Shown in pieces: positions 34,459 through 46,910 of a stretch of DNA of 64,000 nt. The translations under genes and the position numbers were made by a program. Under the pieces are notes generated by a model that made no database searches, was not told where the DNA came from, and saw nothing but the letters and a program-made list of their open reading frames with translations. Numbering within the stretch: position 1 is the stretch's first letter; every line of letters starts with the position of its first letter. Where the stretch lies: assembly GCA_010093605.1 (NCBI GenBank), contig MU004195.1, positions 62,001 through 126,000 of the forward strand, given 5' to 3'. This stretch comes from Lophium mytilinum. Lineage: Eukaryota.

Positions 34459-35076
34459 TATTGTTGTCGTTTCGACTCTTTAGACAACCAACGGTTGCTC
34501 ACGCTGGACAATGGGGAGGTATGAACCAATCTGCTCGTGTACCTAGGGAGGACCTGAGACAGCGCCAGGTTCTATATCAAAGATTGATGGGCACCATGGA
34601 TAGCGGGGGTGGATAAATGCCCCGCATAAGCAACTACCCCGCCGATGATCATGTCGGCTGCGCAAGGAATACATTCCTCCAACTTTGGTTAACAAAATGG
34701 TCCCGAAATGGCCTTGAAATGTAATTTGCTGGGAATTCATTGGACGAGATTCAGTAAAGGGGCCTTGGCTCGACATTCGGTTGCTCGATATCAAGCTAGA
34801 GAACTGAGTGACGTGAAGTGTGACGAAAGACAGCGCGTTCAAGAGCGATGAAAGGGGGTATAAGATGGTTTGAAGCGCGTGGATCATATCCATTGGTGTA
34901 TATACAAATTCAAATAGTGGTAGGGGGTCACATGTGACCCAGAATGCAACCTACCCATCCTGATGCCAACCTTTTCCAATCGTACACCGTCGTATCACTG
35001 ACATTTTAGTCTCTTGGCAGTCCCTAGATCTAAAGGTAGATTAGGTTTCTACTGAAAGTAGACTATGGGGAAGCCT

Positions 35077-36216
35077 CTACGCCCTCTTCAGAGCTATCTT
35101 CCTTCTAGCGGTGACTGTCATCCCGTACAGAGCATCCTTGAATGCAAAGAGAAAGGCGGCAGTGATGACACTCTGCGTCACCTTGGGGCCGATACCTGGG
35201 ACAAAGTTAGATCGAGACCATATACTCTACGCGTACAATACTTACCTCCGTATAGGCCCGCCCAGCCCTCTTCCCTGATGATTCTCCGGAAGGTTGACAT
35301 CATATCCTCCTTCGGTCCATCTCTCCCTGCGACGTGCATCCTGCTCTTCACTGTGATGTACGGATAGGTAATGCTTGTAGCCATCAGCTTCCCAAAAGCA
35401 CCAAGGTAGAACGCGTCGGTCGGTGTGACTCTCCTTCTCTTCTCCAAAGTATTCTTGAGCTGCTCAAAGACGGTATATTGTAGGATTGGGTTGATGACCA
35501 GCACCAACGCAGGCATAACACCCGCGAAGAGTCGCATTGGCCCCTCGTCCCGGATTATTGATAGGAGAGTGCCGATTGTCGAAGGGGCTTTCGCAGGCTT
35601 CGCACCAGGTAGGACCTGTTCGTCAGATTGCGACTTCCGCGCCGTCATGCGCGTATTCACAACCCAGATGGGATTCGTGAACATGACAGTCAAGCTACCA
35701 GCGATAGCTCCCGCGAAAATGGATTCTACCGTGGTGAGCTTCTTCGAAGCGCGTCCGGCCTTTATAGCGGCCTTTTCGAAGAAGGCCCGGGTCCATTCGT
35801 ACCCTACATTCCATCAGTATTGACCACGGCTCCCATTTCTTCTCCACTGACAGTAATAGTATACGAAGTTGGTAACGCTGATGCCGAACAACGCTGACTC
35901 GAGCCCGGCGTATAGGCCAACTAGGCCCTCTCTCTTGATGATGCGCCGAGCAGCATCGAGGGTTGACGATTGGGCGCGTTTTGATTCGACTTGCGCGCGC
36001 GTTGATAGAGTGATGAGAGGGTAGCTGGAGATATTTTCAGCAAAGTCCCGGGCTTGCGACCAAGTATTCGTACGTCAGGGCCATCGAGAATAGACCTCCG
36101 CCAGCACCAGCAAGGGCATGGGCGACGTTGTCACTCTGCTGGGCGGTAGCACTAGTAGGAGCGGCTTGAGTGGACTCTGCGAGCTTCTCGGCGGCGGTTT
36201 TGGAGGCTTCCGACAT
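35077..36216 (-). CDS. PMP47: Peroxisomal mitochondrial-carrier-family protein (PMP47/PMP34-like)
   Basis: DNVAHALAGAGGG..LT/YPLITLSTRAQ, TNPIWVVNTRM, LVINPILQYT.FEQLK, TYPYITVKSRMH, GIGPKVTQSVITAAFLF; three Px[DE]xx[KR]-derived carrier repeats. Confidence 0.88.
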
Positions 36217-36878
36217 GGTGGAGATGATCGCTGTGTGACGATGTTTGTCCAAAGGAGGGGTGTTGGTGTGAGGGAAGCAGGAGTGGCGCGTTGATCTAGA
36301 AAAAGAAAAGCCGAGTGCCGTAGTAGCTTGAGGGTTCGTGCGATCACAAGAAAGGAGAGGAAGGAAGGGCGCAATATGAGGAATGTAGAATTAGCTTGTG
36401 ATTCTCAACGTCACCGGACTGAGATGCGAGGCGCGACGAAGCAGAACGCCTTGGGCCGAGGTATCTCGAAAAGGTCACGTGAAGGAGAGCAAATCGCCGG
36501 AAATCGTGACCCTTTCTCATCAGTCTCCTTTGTTCTCGACTAATCAGCAAATACTGTTGGAGAGTCACGCTTCTGGTATACACGCCGAAATGCGGAGATT
36601 GAAACAAGGCAAGATGCCCCGGACTGCTCCCTTACCTCTGGGGAGCTTGCTTCTGCTAGCATGGCACTTCTAGGTAGTGCGATGTTTGCCAGTGAGGATG
36701 TCCGAAGGTCTCGTAAATGTATATTTGCTGATCGCTAAGGTCACATGGAGATTGGAATGTCTCCTGTTATGCTTTCTTTTGCCCCCCTTGTTGCCCTGTT
36801 TCACTCTTCTCCTATTCTCCACCTAGCATCCACAGTTTGTTGCCTTCCCTTGTTTCTTGCTTCCGTCTGAAATTGCAG

Positions 36879-37522
36879 TCATGCAACTACAGAGTTGATG
36901 TACTTTGTCAACTCTTGATCACCCCAGGTTCGGATGCCCTCCTTGATCACTTTCTTCACAGTCCATTGCATGAGGTACCCTAAGGGTCCCTTCCACGAAT
37001 CCCAAGACCTGTATTCACACCAGCCAGGCGGATCAGAAAGCTCTGCGACTTGCTGAACGCGTTCGACGAGCAGGAGTGAGGCTGAGACAGGCAGTATTGC
37101 TCTCCAGGCAAGTATACGGGCCTGGTGGTCTATTATAATGATTTCGACGCGATTCTCTTCAGGTGCTTTGCCTGGTTTGGTAGTCTGTGACCTATCTTAG
37201 CCACTTTCGTCTCCGCCGGTGCCACATTGGCCGAACTCACAACGAGCGTCCCCACGGATCCTACTTTCAAGGGATAGCCCTGAAAGTCCACTTTCAAACT
37301 GCTACTCCACTTGTGGTAGCTAGGAAAGTCGACCACTTTACTCCAGACCTCGTCGGCCGGGGCGTGGAACCTGGCGCTGTATCCGGCAGTTCCGACGGCC
37401 TCTTTCTGGGATATATTGGGAGTGGGCAGCACTTCGGTTCGTTTGTCGGGGGTGATCTGGATGATAGCAGCAAGAAGTGCTCCAATGGCTACCAGAGCGG
37501 CGAGAAGGGCACGCGAGGGCAT
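36879..37522 (-). CDS. SRPBCC/START-like (polyketide cyclase 2 type) protein with N-terminal signal anchor
   Basis: MPSRALLAALVAIGALLAAIIQI; HAPADEVWSKVVDFPSYHKW; intron 37240-37185; exon 2 ..ILAWR..ERVQ..CEYRSWDSWKGPLGY..SVVA*. Confidence 0.75.
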
Positions 37523-38639
37523 CCTGGAGATAGAAAGTCCGCGAAGACTCAATAACGACAGTATTTACAGCAAAATCATCACCTCTACACTCTAGAATGC
37601 CTAGCAACTCTACGCCGTCGAAGCTTCTTCTGACGTGAACCTGCTTCTCAATAGCCAATAGTTCTTCCGGAAGACGGCCGACGTCATAAGCTAGATGGGT
37701 TAGGGTTCAGCAAAACAGCCGTGGACTGCGCGCCATCGTGGATACGAAGCTGCAGTAACTCGGCCGGGTCACACCTGTCAGGGCTGTCCAACCACACCGC
37801 CGTGACTATGATTGGTGAGTATTTAGAGAATAGCGATCGTGACTGGGCATGATTGGAATGACGGCTGTCGAAACACGACTACTGCCGGTTAGTCACGGCG
37901 TCTGAAGGGTTGCGAAATGGTAGCCGGAAGCCTTGCGGGCATTGGAATGGCGAAGCGCCTGCTCTACGTCTCCATTATTGTGAAGACGGCGGAGTGGAGT
38001 GCCGTCCTATTGTACGTCCGTGATGGACGTTGTTAGGCGTCCAGCCTCTCGGGATTGGCGAGTACCCGTAACCCGATGCCGTGGCCTGCGCAAAGGGTTT
38101 TGGCTAGATTGTTGAGTCTCGTGATGCATGATAGGGGAGATTTTCCCGAGCATCAGACAGACAGCCTCAGGCGAGCGAGGCGTCACGAGGGCGCGAGGGC
38201 TTGAGGGCTGAAACGGCGTGGGCCAATATTAGCCTCTTGGCCTGTTAGCCTGTGCCCTGCGTTCCATCAGGAGGCAAAATGCCCCCGATATAGCCACGAG
38301 ATCGCCCTGTTGCGCCGACTGTCCGCAAATTATCTTCATCAACCACCGTGTCCATCCTCAACCACGTCGACGCGACTCTCCGCCAGCGCCGCTCGCTGTC
38401 AGGCGCATAGTAAACGCCGGAGGGATTTGCAGGCCAGATATCCCATCGGGCGCGATCGACCCTGGGTTGTCCTACGCGCAGCGCACCCTCGGCGCGACGC
38501 CGTACCGTAGTTGCAGCATTCACTCCTCCTCTACATCCGCCCTGTGGCCCGACGACGTCTGCTGAGGAGCCCCGCCGCGCGGACTGCCTGACTTCCATGG
38601 CGTGCTGACTGAGGCGCATCTGCTTCGCGTCATATCCTC

Positions 38640-41600
38640 ATGGCCCTGCAGGTCGACTTCTCCACGGCGGGAGCAGAGTCGGACGCTCATCTCCATCTCG
38701 CGCCGCACGCCCACTACAACCACCAGGCAAGCAGCGGCAGTCCGGCCTTCGCCCCGTTTCGACATCCCGTTGCGCCGTCAATTGATCCCGGCCTCGATCA
38801 GAGCCAGAGCAGCGCCCGCAATGGCCACGCGCAGCTCGCTGCCCATCCCTCCGCTTCACCACATCTCCTTCAAGCAGACCATGCCTCCATCAACTCCTCA
38901 CACATGGCGCACCAGTACTATGGAGACCTCTCGCAACGCTCCCAGACCCCCTCGACCCCCTCCAATGCCTCGCCGCGCTTCTCTGCCCTCTCGCCCGCCC
39001 AGCAGAAGCAGATAGTCCCTGGCTTTGTGCCCAATGACCGCAGCGCCCCGTCGCGGGACGTGGCCGACGACACGATTGACGATGCCTACGCCGCCTTTAT
39101 ACTGTACTGTAATCCTAGTTTCCCTCCTTCGACAAATACGTCGGAGCTCACAAAAGCATTTCGGATACCCCCCAAGAGCGATGGCAAGAGCTTCAGCACC
39201 TGGTCGCTGTTTGAGCTGATACGGAAGTTGGACTTGAAGGAGATCAAGACATGGACCCAGCTGGCCCTGGAACTCGGTGTCGAACCTCCAGATATGGACA
39301 AGGGGCAGAGCACGCAGAAGGTACAGCAGTATTCTGTTCGGCTAAAGGTGAGATGAACTATTCATATGTGGTATTTAAGCCCCTTGGCTGTCAAAAGGGC
39401 TCTTCGTCGGTCTTTTGAGATTCCTCTTCCGGGCATGATGGGCACCTAGCCACCGGCCATGCCGAAGGGTATAGCTACCTACTCAGGGTCTGGCACTGTT
39501 ACAATGTGACGGCGTGGGGGAAACCTCTGCCCTATGGGGCCTAGATGTCCCCGGGCACCATGCTAGTTGGCCTATGTCTTCATCCTGCTCCTTTTATTCT
39601 ATCTGCCGGAGTGGAGGCTTACCACACCATGAAGAGATTTCACCTCCGTCCTTGGAAACTAGAGACAGTTGTTAAATTCTCATTCGCTGGTCGGAGCTCA
39701 TTCATCACTGTCTTGCATCAATTTCTTAGTTTGGGACATGGGCCGAGACTCAGACCTACACATCCCGAGTCATCCTACACCATCAATTCTATTTTCTTGC
39801 CTCTCCTTACTCTTGCATATCAGTCTGCCCTCAGTCAGCCACAGTATGATAACGTAACTTGACTGACATGCATTAGCGATGGATGCGTGCTATGCACATA
39901 GACGCTTTCTTCGAGTTCCTTCTCGGCAAGCAACATGTTTACTATATGCAAATACCCCCACCACATAATCCGTTCCCCCCAGACGGTCGTGATGCTGTCC
40001 CATTGGAAGAAGACCTAGCTATCCGTGCCCTGGACCCCAAGTTCCGACCCAAGCGTGGACGTCGGAAGACTGAGGACCCTGACGAAGAACTGGAAACTCC
40101 CGACCATGCCACACCACCTCGAAAAAGGCCTCAACTAGACACGTCCATCCCCTTTGGCAACCTCATTGGCCAACCACAGTCGGCGTATCCCGACAGCGCC
40201 CACCCTAATGATGACATGGATAGGTTTCTGAGCGCGCATGATCCTTGGACTGCAGCTTCAGCAATCACACCTGCCTCGGCCATGACTACTGCTTCTGCTC
40301 CAAGTAGGCTCAACCCGCATTCAAGGGGGTTGACACCATACACAGCTACGCCTATGTCGGCAGGTCAGCAACTTCGGTGGCGACTGAATACACAAGATAA
40401 CCCTTCGACTCCGCATCCTATGTCTGCCACAACACCACAGACAGCTCATCCTCCAGATTTCCCTTTCAACGAGCCTCAATCGGCCACCACTCCATCAAGC
40501 GCAAAATCTCGGTCACGGAGGAGACACGGTCCTGCTGTGTCTTCGGCATGGCCAAGTAACAGCACTTCAGCAAGTGGAAAGCTTCGCGGACGTCCTCCAA
40601 GCAATCGTTCTGTACGAGACGGGCCGTTTGTTACATTTCCAGCCAATCCCAACACGAAAGAAGCGCCGACCATCGACATGAATAGAAACACTGGCGGCTT
40701 GACACCAATCGTTGAGCGTGCTCACTCCGATCCACCTGAACATCACTTCCGCTTTCCCCCTGCTACCCCAGCTTCCGCAGTCTCCACACAGAGCATGCAG
40801 GAACAATCAACCAATCCCCAGGGCCGGCCGTCGCGACTCCAAGTCCAAGTTCCTCCGCATGTAGGCGGACCAGTGCGACTAGTAACTCCAACCTTGCTAG
40901 TCAATGGGGAACAAGACCCAACACCTTCCACAGGCCTCCCTCCATCCGCATTGAGCACCACCTCGCGTCGCGGCTCCGACAACTTCTTCGAAGACGACAA
41001 CGAAGACGACGTAGACCGATCCATGTTCCCGCCCTCCAGCACGCAAGCATCTCGCACATCCCAAGACATCCACCGCCAAGCACAACAGCAACACACATCA
41101 GCAGCTCAACCTGCCCAAACCCACTCTGACTCCCCAATCGCAAACCTCACCCACGAAACCCTCAACCGCGCCCTTGCCGCCGATCTGCTCCGCGCCCCGC
41201 TCACCGGTCGCCGCAAACGCCTCCGCGGCACAGAAGCTAAACACCTCGCCAACGCCATCCTGCAGAACCTCTACGCCTCCCACACGCCGGCCTCGACGTC
41301 CCACTCCTCGCGACCTATGTCGGACAATGCGCTCCGCTTCTCCATCGCTAGCAGCCTTGGGCTGTGCGCTCAAGCCGGCCTCGGCGCCGGCGGGCCGCAA
41401 GGGGGCGTTAAAAACGTCGTCGTGCAGCGCTTCCGCGTCGGCGGCGACGGGTACGACTCTCCCGTCGACGAGGAAGACGAGGAGGAGAGCCCGAGCGGGG
41501 GTAGAATTAGAGAGACGTGGGACGTGTTCTTCCAAGTCAATTTCGGGGCCATGAGCGGCGAGTTCAGCATCAAGAGTCTCGAGATTGAGATTACGGAGAC

Positions 41601-41760
41601 GGGGGTGGAGGGCGGGCAGGCGAGTGGCGGGGCGGAGCCGATGGATATTGAGGGGCGGGAGGATTGGAAGACGCGGTTTGAGGAGGCGCAGCGGAGGCTG
41701 GGCGAGGCGAGGGAGGAGGTGGGGAGGTTGAGGGATAAGGTGCTGGATGCTGTGTTGTGA
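38640..41760 (+). CDS. abp2: ARS-binding protein 2 (Abp2 family; AT-hook-like motifs)
   Basis: DAYAAFILYCNP, PPKSDGKSFSTW, KTWTQLALELGVEPP, QKVQQYSVRLK/RWMRAMHIDAFF across intron 39348-39876; RPKRGRR, KLRGRPP; C-terminal coiled coil. Confidence 0.9.
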
Positions 41761-42672
41761 TGTGATTTACACACACATTGGGCCGATTTTCAGTTCACAT
41801 TTATGCTCGATTGGTCGGGATTGGAGCAATCATTTTGCATTATGCTAGCTATAGGCCACGACAAGCGTGTTTTGAGTGGTATAACTACAGCGATGCGTGT
41901 GGGTTTCTTGTATCCTTGGGTTTTCTACAGCATTTGAGCGCGGGCAGGCGAGGTTGGGATTGCGCGAATTTTCCTTGAATATACCCGTTGGGACTGTATA
42001 CTCTGTAATTGGATATGATGGACGGGCATGAACACGGGGATATAAAAATGGGCCATTTTAGCTTTCTGCATTAATAAAACGCTGCGATGCATGCAGCTAA
42101 ACTTCTACGCACACCCAACCATCCCTTCCCTGCATTCGCAATTGGATGCAACAATACTCCCCGTGGCTAGCTATCTTCATCGAGACTCCGCGAAGCGATG
42201 AGGTCGTTTTAAGGTGTTGATCGTTACTCGATTGGGCGCACCCACATATATACTCCCCGAACCGCAATCCCTACACGCCCTCGGCGAACCACCCATCTCA
42301 GCGCGGCATTTACAGGGCCCTCAGATCCCGATGCCGTCGCCTGTGGGCCCCCCGCGTTTGGCAGCTCGCATTCGGAAAGCTTGGGTAGGCGTCGGGGAGG
42401 TCGGTGATCGCCACGCCGGAGTCCGAGGAGGGGGGTGCCTGCTATAAGGACGGCGGTTGCGTGCGTGTGTGACGACGCCTTTGGGCATTGCCTCGAAGAG
42501 GCGAGGGGAGGGGCGTAGGCGGAGGGGCGTTGATCCCGTATTCGGGTTCCTTCGAGGCCACCGTGAGTTGATGTCGAGGTTGTGAAAAGGCGGTGGGTTT
42601 TGGAGGGGTTTCCGGATTGGGAGACTTTTGGGGTCTTTAGAAAGGGTATATAGGAGGTGGGTCCGGCGGGTT

Positions 42673-43286
42673 CTATACAGATGGCGCTGCTACTGCTTCT
42701 TGGGACTCTGCGCGTGCGGTGGCGGGGGGAGATGGGACTTCAGTGTCTTTCTCCCATGGCTTCTTGCGGCGCGGTTGGGCGGCTGAGGTGCCTTGGCCTT
42801 CGAGGATGGTGTTGGGGATCTCTTTTATGCCGGGGATGGGCTGGCCTGTGGTGATGAGGTCGACGATGTGGGCGAAAGAGGTGGGGTAGGGCGCGGGCTC
42901 TGGGGCGGCTGAGGTTGTTGAGGGGGTAGTTGGGGGTTCCAGGACAACAGGTGCAGCTGTGGTGGGGGGAATTACGCCGTTTTCAATGGTGGGATTCGTA
43001 GCACGGTGAGCTTTGTAAGTGTCGAAGTCTATGATGGTGTTGAATTTCCTGGAGAAGGTTAGCTTTGTGAGTATTGGTGATTAGGGGTGAAGGGTACTCA
43101 CCTGGAGTAGTAAAAGCAACGAGCACGTAGTTCTAGCTCTATGGCTTGCTCAGGTGAGCTATTGCTGCCCAGAATGGCACTGAGGCCTGCTTGAAATTCC
43201 TGGTCATCATCCCATGGATAGCTGTCTACAGAGGCGTAGACATCACTTGTGTTTCCGGGCGTTGAAAGCACGGCAGAGGAACTCAT
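42673..43286 (-). CDS. PEX39: PEX39-like peroxisomal import factor (DUF5572/HTH_76-type, KPWE motif)
   Basis: Exon 1 YASVDSYPWDDDQEFQAGLSAIL..ARCFYYSR, intron 43101-43049, exon 2 (absent from ORF track) KFNTIIDFDTY..PYPTSFAHIVDLITTGQPIPGIKEIPNT..RRKKPWE..PSV*. Confidence 0.78.
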
Positions 43287-43627
43287 AATGTCTGATCTCA
43301 GATGAATAGGTACATGAATGAGTGAAACGACGTCTTTAAATAAAAAGCCGCACTGAAGATGGGCCTCGGACCACGGCGTGGATGTAGAGGTTGAGCTATG
43401 AGGGGGTTTGCACGTGCCCAGAGCAGAGGCTAAACTGCGGTCTTTTAGCGCCCCAGCCTTTCTTAACCTCCCACAAACTCGACAGCTCTGCTCTCTAACA
43501 CCAACACCAACACCAACCACCGCGCCTCACCGTCCCCGCCAGCCCGCCCCCTCTTCTCTGGCGCTCTTCTCATATGCTTCTCACCCCTCACTCTCTCTAG
43601 TCATCAATACAATCTCTTTCCTTCACA

Positions 43628-45810
43628 ATGTCTGAGTTCATCGGGTAAGTCGCACAAGCCTTACGTCTCCGACAGCTCCAGCTAATGAAGTCATTGCAGA
43701 TCGCGAATATCTCTCATCTCGAAGAGCGACATCAGGTCAGAACCATAAGCACGTCTATACTGCGCGCTTTTGCTCACCATTGCTACAGATATGTTGGCAC
43801 TCTTCACGAAATCAACTCGGAAAACTCAACCGTCGCACTCGAGAATGTCACCTCGTTTGGCACCGAAGGCCGTCGCATCGGGGACGAGGAAATCCCCGCC
43901 TCTGACAACGTCTACGAGTACATAGTATTCCGTGGCAGCGATGTGAAGGATCTCCGGATCGAGGAGCCGGCGAAAGAGACGAAGCCCCCACCGCCTCCTA
44001 CCATGCCCAATGACCCGGCCATCCTTGGAGTAAGTCTTTCTCATTCACTTTATCAAGCCCCATCTAGATGATTAAACATACCGGATGTAAATTCAGTATA
44101 CCACCGAGAGCGCAAAACCATGTGGATATTTCCGTTGCCTTCCTTCTGATACTAGACTCAAACCTCTTCTCACTTTTGACAACTGCATTGGCTGAGCTCT
44201 ACTAATATCAATGTCTAAAATAGGCCGCTCGACCACAACCTCCGCAAGGTCCGCCTCAGGGCCCTCCTCAGAACCAGGCGCCGCCTCCTCAACAGCAGCA
44301 ACAACAGCGACCGCCCCAGGGCTTTCCACCACCAGGACCACCAGGCCAATTCCCTCCAGGCTACCCACCGTACGGCCCGCCCTTCCAAAATCAGCGCTTC
44401 GGCCCACCAGGTGGGTTTCCTCCCGGTCCCGGTGGGTTCCCCGGATACCCAGGCGGCCCAGGTGGTCCAGGTGGCTATGGAGGTCCTCCGCCACCATGGT
44501 ATGGTCCTCCAGGTCAAGGCTTCCCGCACCAGCCTCCGGGTCCCGGACCGTTCTCCCCGCAACCACCCGTGCCGATTGGCCCTCCAGGCCAACACAATCA
44601 GCAACAGCCCCCTCTTCCTCCACAGGGTCCCAAAGGCGCGCAGGCTGCTCCAATCGGACCTTCTGCGAGCAAGGAGGAAAATCCAAATTTCCAGACGAAG
44701 GTTGCTGAGGCCGATGGTACTACGAAGGCACCGGAACCAAAATCTCTTGCAAAGCCTGCTTCACAGGCTACTCCGCCTGCACCGGCAGCTGCACCAAAGA
44801 AGGCCCCGACACCCCCGGTTGAATCGAAACCAGACGTTGCTGCAGCATTAGCACCCGCGCAGACGCTAGCTCCTCCTGCCCAACCGACTGCCACTGTCAA
44901 GACTACTCCCAGTGGACCCAAGTCCGGCCGTATCGTTCCAGCAGTACCAATCCCCAGCCCTCGTGTCGCAAAAGCCGCTGCTCACACCACTCCCACGACG
45001 CAAGCTCCTGCCGCTCAACCCAGCCAGGCCGCTATCAACGCTACGTCACAGTATCAGAATGCCACCCAGGCCGCTACCGCAGCCGTGGCGGCCGCAATGG
45101 CAAAACTAGGTCCAGCACCGGGCCAAAAGGGACCACCGGCTGTTGGCAGGCCTCAGGGTGATGCTATGGACAATTTGACGAAGCAGGTCAACGCAATGCG
45201 GACGGACGAGAGCATCCGGCATGGCCGACAGCAGGGCACTGGCGGTTACGCATCTGGCAATCGCGGTCCACGAGCTCCTCGAGGCGGAAGAGGTGGTCCT
45301 CCACATCAAGCGGCCAAGATCGAGATTCCAACCACCGACTATGATTTCGCCTCTGCCAACGCAAAGTTCAACAAGAAGGATCTTGCCAAAGAAGCCATAG
45401 CCTCCGGCTCGCCCATTGGTGGTGAGGTCGCATCTCCACCACCGGTCACTGAAGCTCCTACAAATGGCCACTCTACAACCAACGGCACAGCTGAGAAGGC
45501 TGCGGAGGTTGTCATCCCTGCTTCGACGTACGATAAGGGAAGCTCCTTCTTCGACAACATTTCTAGCGAATTGAAGGACAGAGAGGAGGCGATGGGGCGC
45601 AGACTCGGCGGGCAGGAGTTCAGGACTGAAGAGCGTAAGAGGAATCTTGAGACTTTCGGCCAGGGTAGCGTCGACAACTATCGTGGTGGGTACCGGGGAC
45701 GCGGCCGCGGGCGAGGATTCGGCCGTGGTCGAGGTGGATTCAGGGGACGTGGGGGGACTGGCGGAACTGGCGTGCCTAGAGGCAGGGGCCTGGGCGCCGA
45801 GGAGGCTTGA
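43628..45810 (+). CDS. SCD6: Scd6/Lsm14/Sum2 mRNA-decay and P-body protein
   Basis: Spliced MSEFIG/SRISLISKSDIR/YVGTLHEIN (LSm14 domain), YEYIVFRGSDVKDL, FDF (DYDFASANAKFNK), FFD (SSFFDNISSE), TFG (NLETFGQG), RGG tail; third intron 44030-44223. Confidence 0.93.
44063..44156 (+). ncRNA. Intronic box C/D snoRNA, snR52/U83-like (18S Am420 guide)
   Basis: Terminal stem TCTAG/CTAGA, C-box variant ATGATTA (44068), D box CTGA (44146-44149) preceded by GTTGCCTTCCTT, complementary to 18S AAGGAAGGCAGC; the D+5 rule selects the A equivalent to yeast A420. Confidence 0.8.
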
Positions 45811-46439
45811 ACGTGCTGAATTCAAATTTCTTACGGTCATCGGATTGAGGATTTGATATGCGAACGGAGTCTACCAATGCAAGCGTGGTACGGGCTTGCT
45901 TGCTTTCAGGGAATTTCTTTCGAGCGAAGCCAAGCGTTTTGCTATACTGATGGGTCAGATGACGGAGGGTCTCATGTCGTCTACTTTCTTTTACGGCACC
46001 TCGAGTGAGGGGAGTTTTCTCGGAGCGATGTCTTTCCTCGAAAGCGATGTCCTTTTTTCTTCCTTTGCTGTCTCTCTCTATGGAGTGGATATCGAAACTG
46101 GGCCGGACTGGGAATCTGTTTTCCATGGGTTTATCTTTTTCTTTTCCCGGCTTTACAAAAGAAAAACCATCGGATGGCTTTCATGGCTTGTTGGTTCTTT
46201 TGGGGGATTGTATTTGTATGTGTGAATGGATGGGGGGGTGGATCGGGGGTGGCAATTAGGGCAATGAAGGCGGTTGGAGGGAGAGACGAATGGGACCTGA
46301 ACTAGGATATGTATTCTACGATGATCGGAGAATCGAAAATGACTTGATGTGGGGATTAAAGATCTGTGTTGAGCTGGGTGATGTGAAGCTGTGGGTTGAG
46401 TTTTGGTGTGTATCGGGCCAAAGTGGGATGGATTGAGTA

Positions 46440-46910
46440 TTAACCCCTTTGTTTTTATACCTAAGAATAGCAAGTTATCTAATGCCGTTGCTAGCAGAAA
46501 TCGCTAATAATAAGCTAGAACCTCTTTAGCAGATACTCTAGAGCTTTACTAAGGTTAGGAGTATTCATATTTACTAGATCAAGTGTAGTAGGTCATCCTA
46601 TAATATAACATCTCTAACTTCATTTGTCATGCAGGTCCTGCGATCTCTAATCCCCCGCTTTAGAGAAAAGTCACAAATCCGAGACTTCTACTATATCGAC
46701 ATCCTCTAAGCCACTATCACATCCCTCTACATGCCCTACTTCATCAACTACCAGAAGGAACTCGCTATACTTATCGCGCACATCGTCCTCCTCAATAAAA
46801 ACATCCCTAAATCCATCATCACAAGCCTCCCTAGCATGCCGGACAAGACCTTTCGCGTCGATCGCAAGCTCAGCCAGCTGCGCGGCGCGAATCAGAACAC
46901 CACCCACCAG
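46440..46910 (+). pseudogene. RIP-like mutated patch with coding-like relic of unknown family
   Basis: TpA-rich 46440-46660, then a G-poor but codon-like stretch YYIDIL*ATITSLYMPYFINYQKELAILIAHIVLLNKNIPK, rich in I/N/K as expected from G>A changes of V/D/E. Confidence 0.45.

Noticed and set aside
39348..39876. TPP riboswitch or C/D snoRNA in the abp2 intron
   Set aside because: No CUGAGA-type TPP core and no paired C/D boxes with an rRNA guide found.
42200..42670. Coding-like GC-rich minus-strand stretch after the PEX39-like gene
   Set aside because: No continuous frame or recognisable family; cannot be supported.
44063..44156. U14 identity for the intronic snoRNA
   Set aside because: The guide stops at CCTT before the D box, lacks the GGATGT needed to target C414, and U14 domain A is absent.
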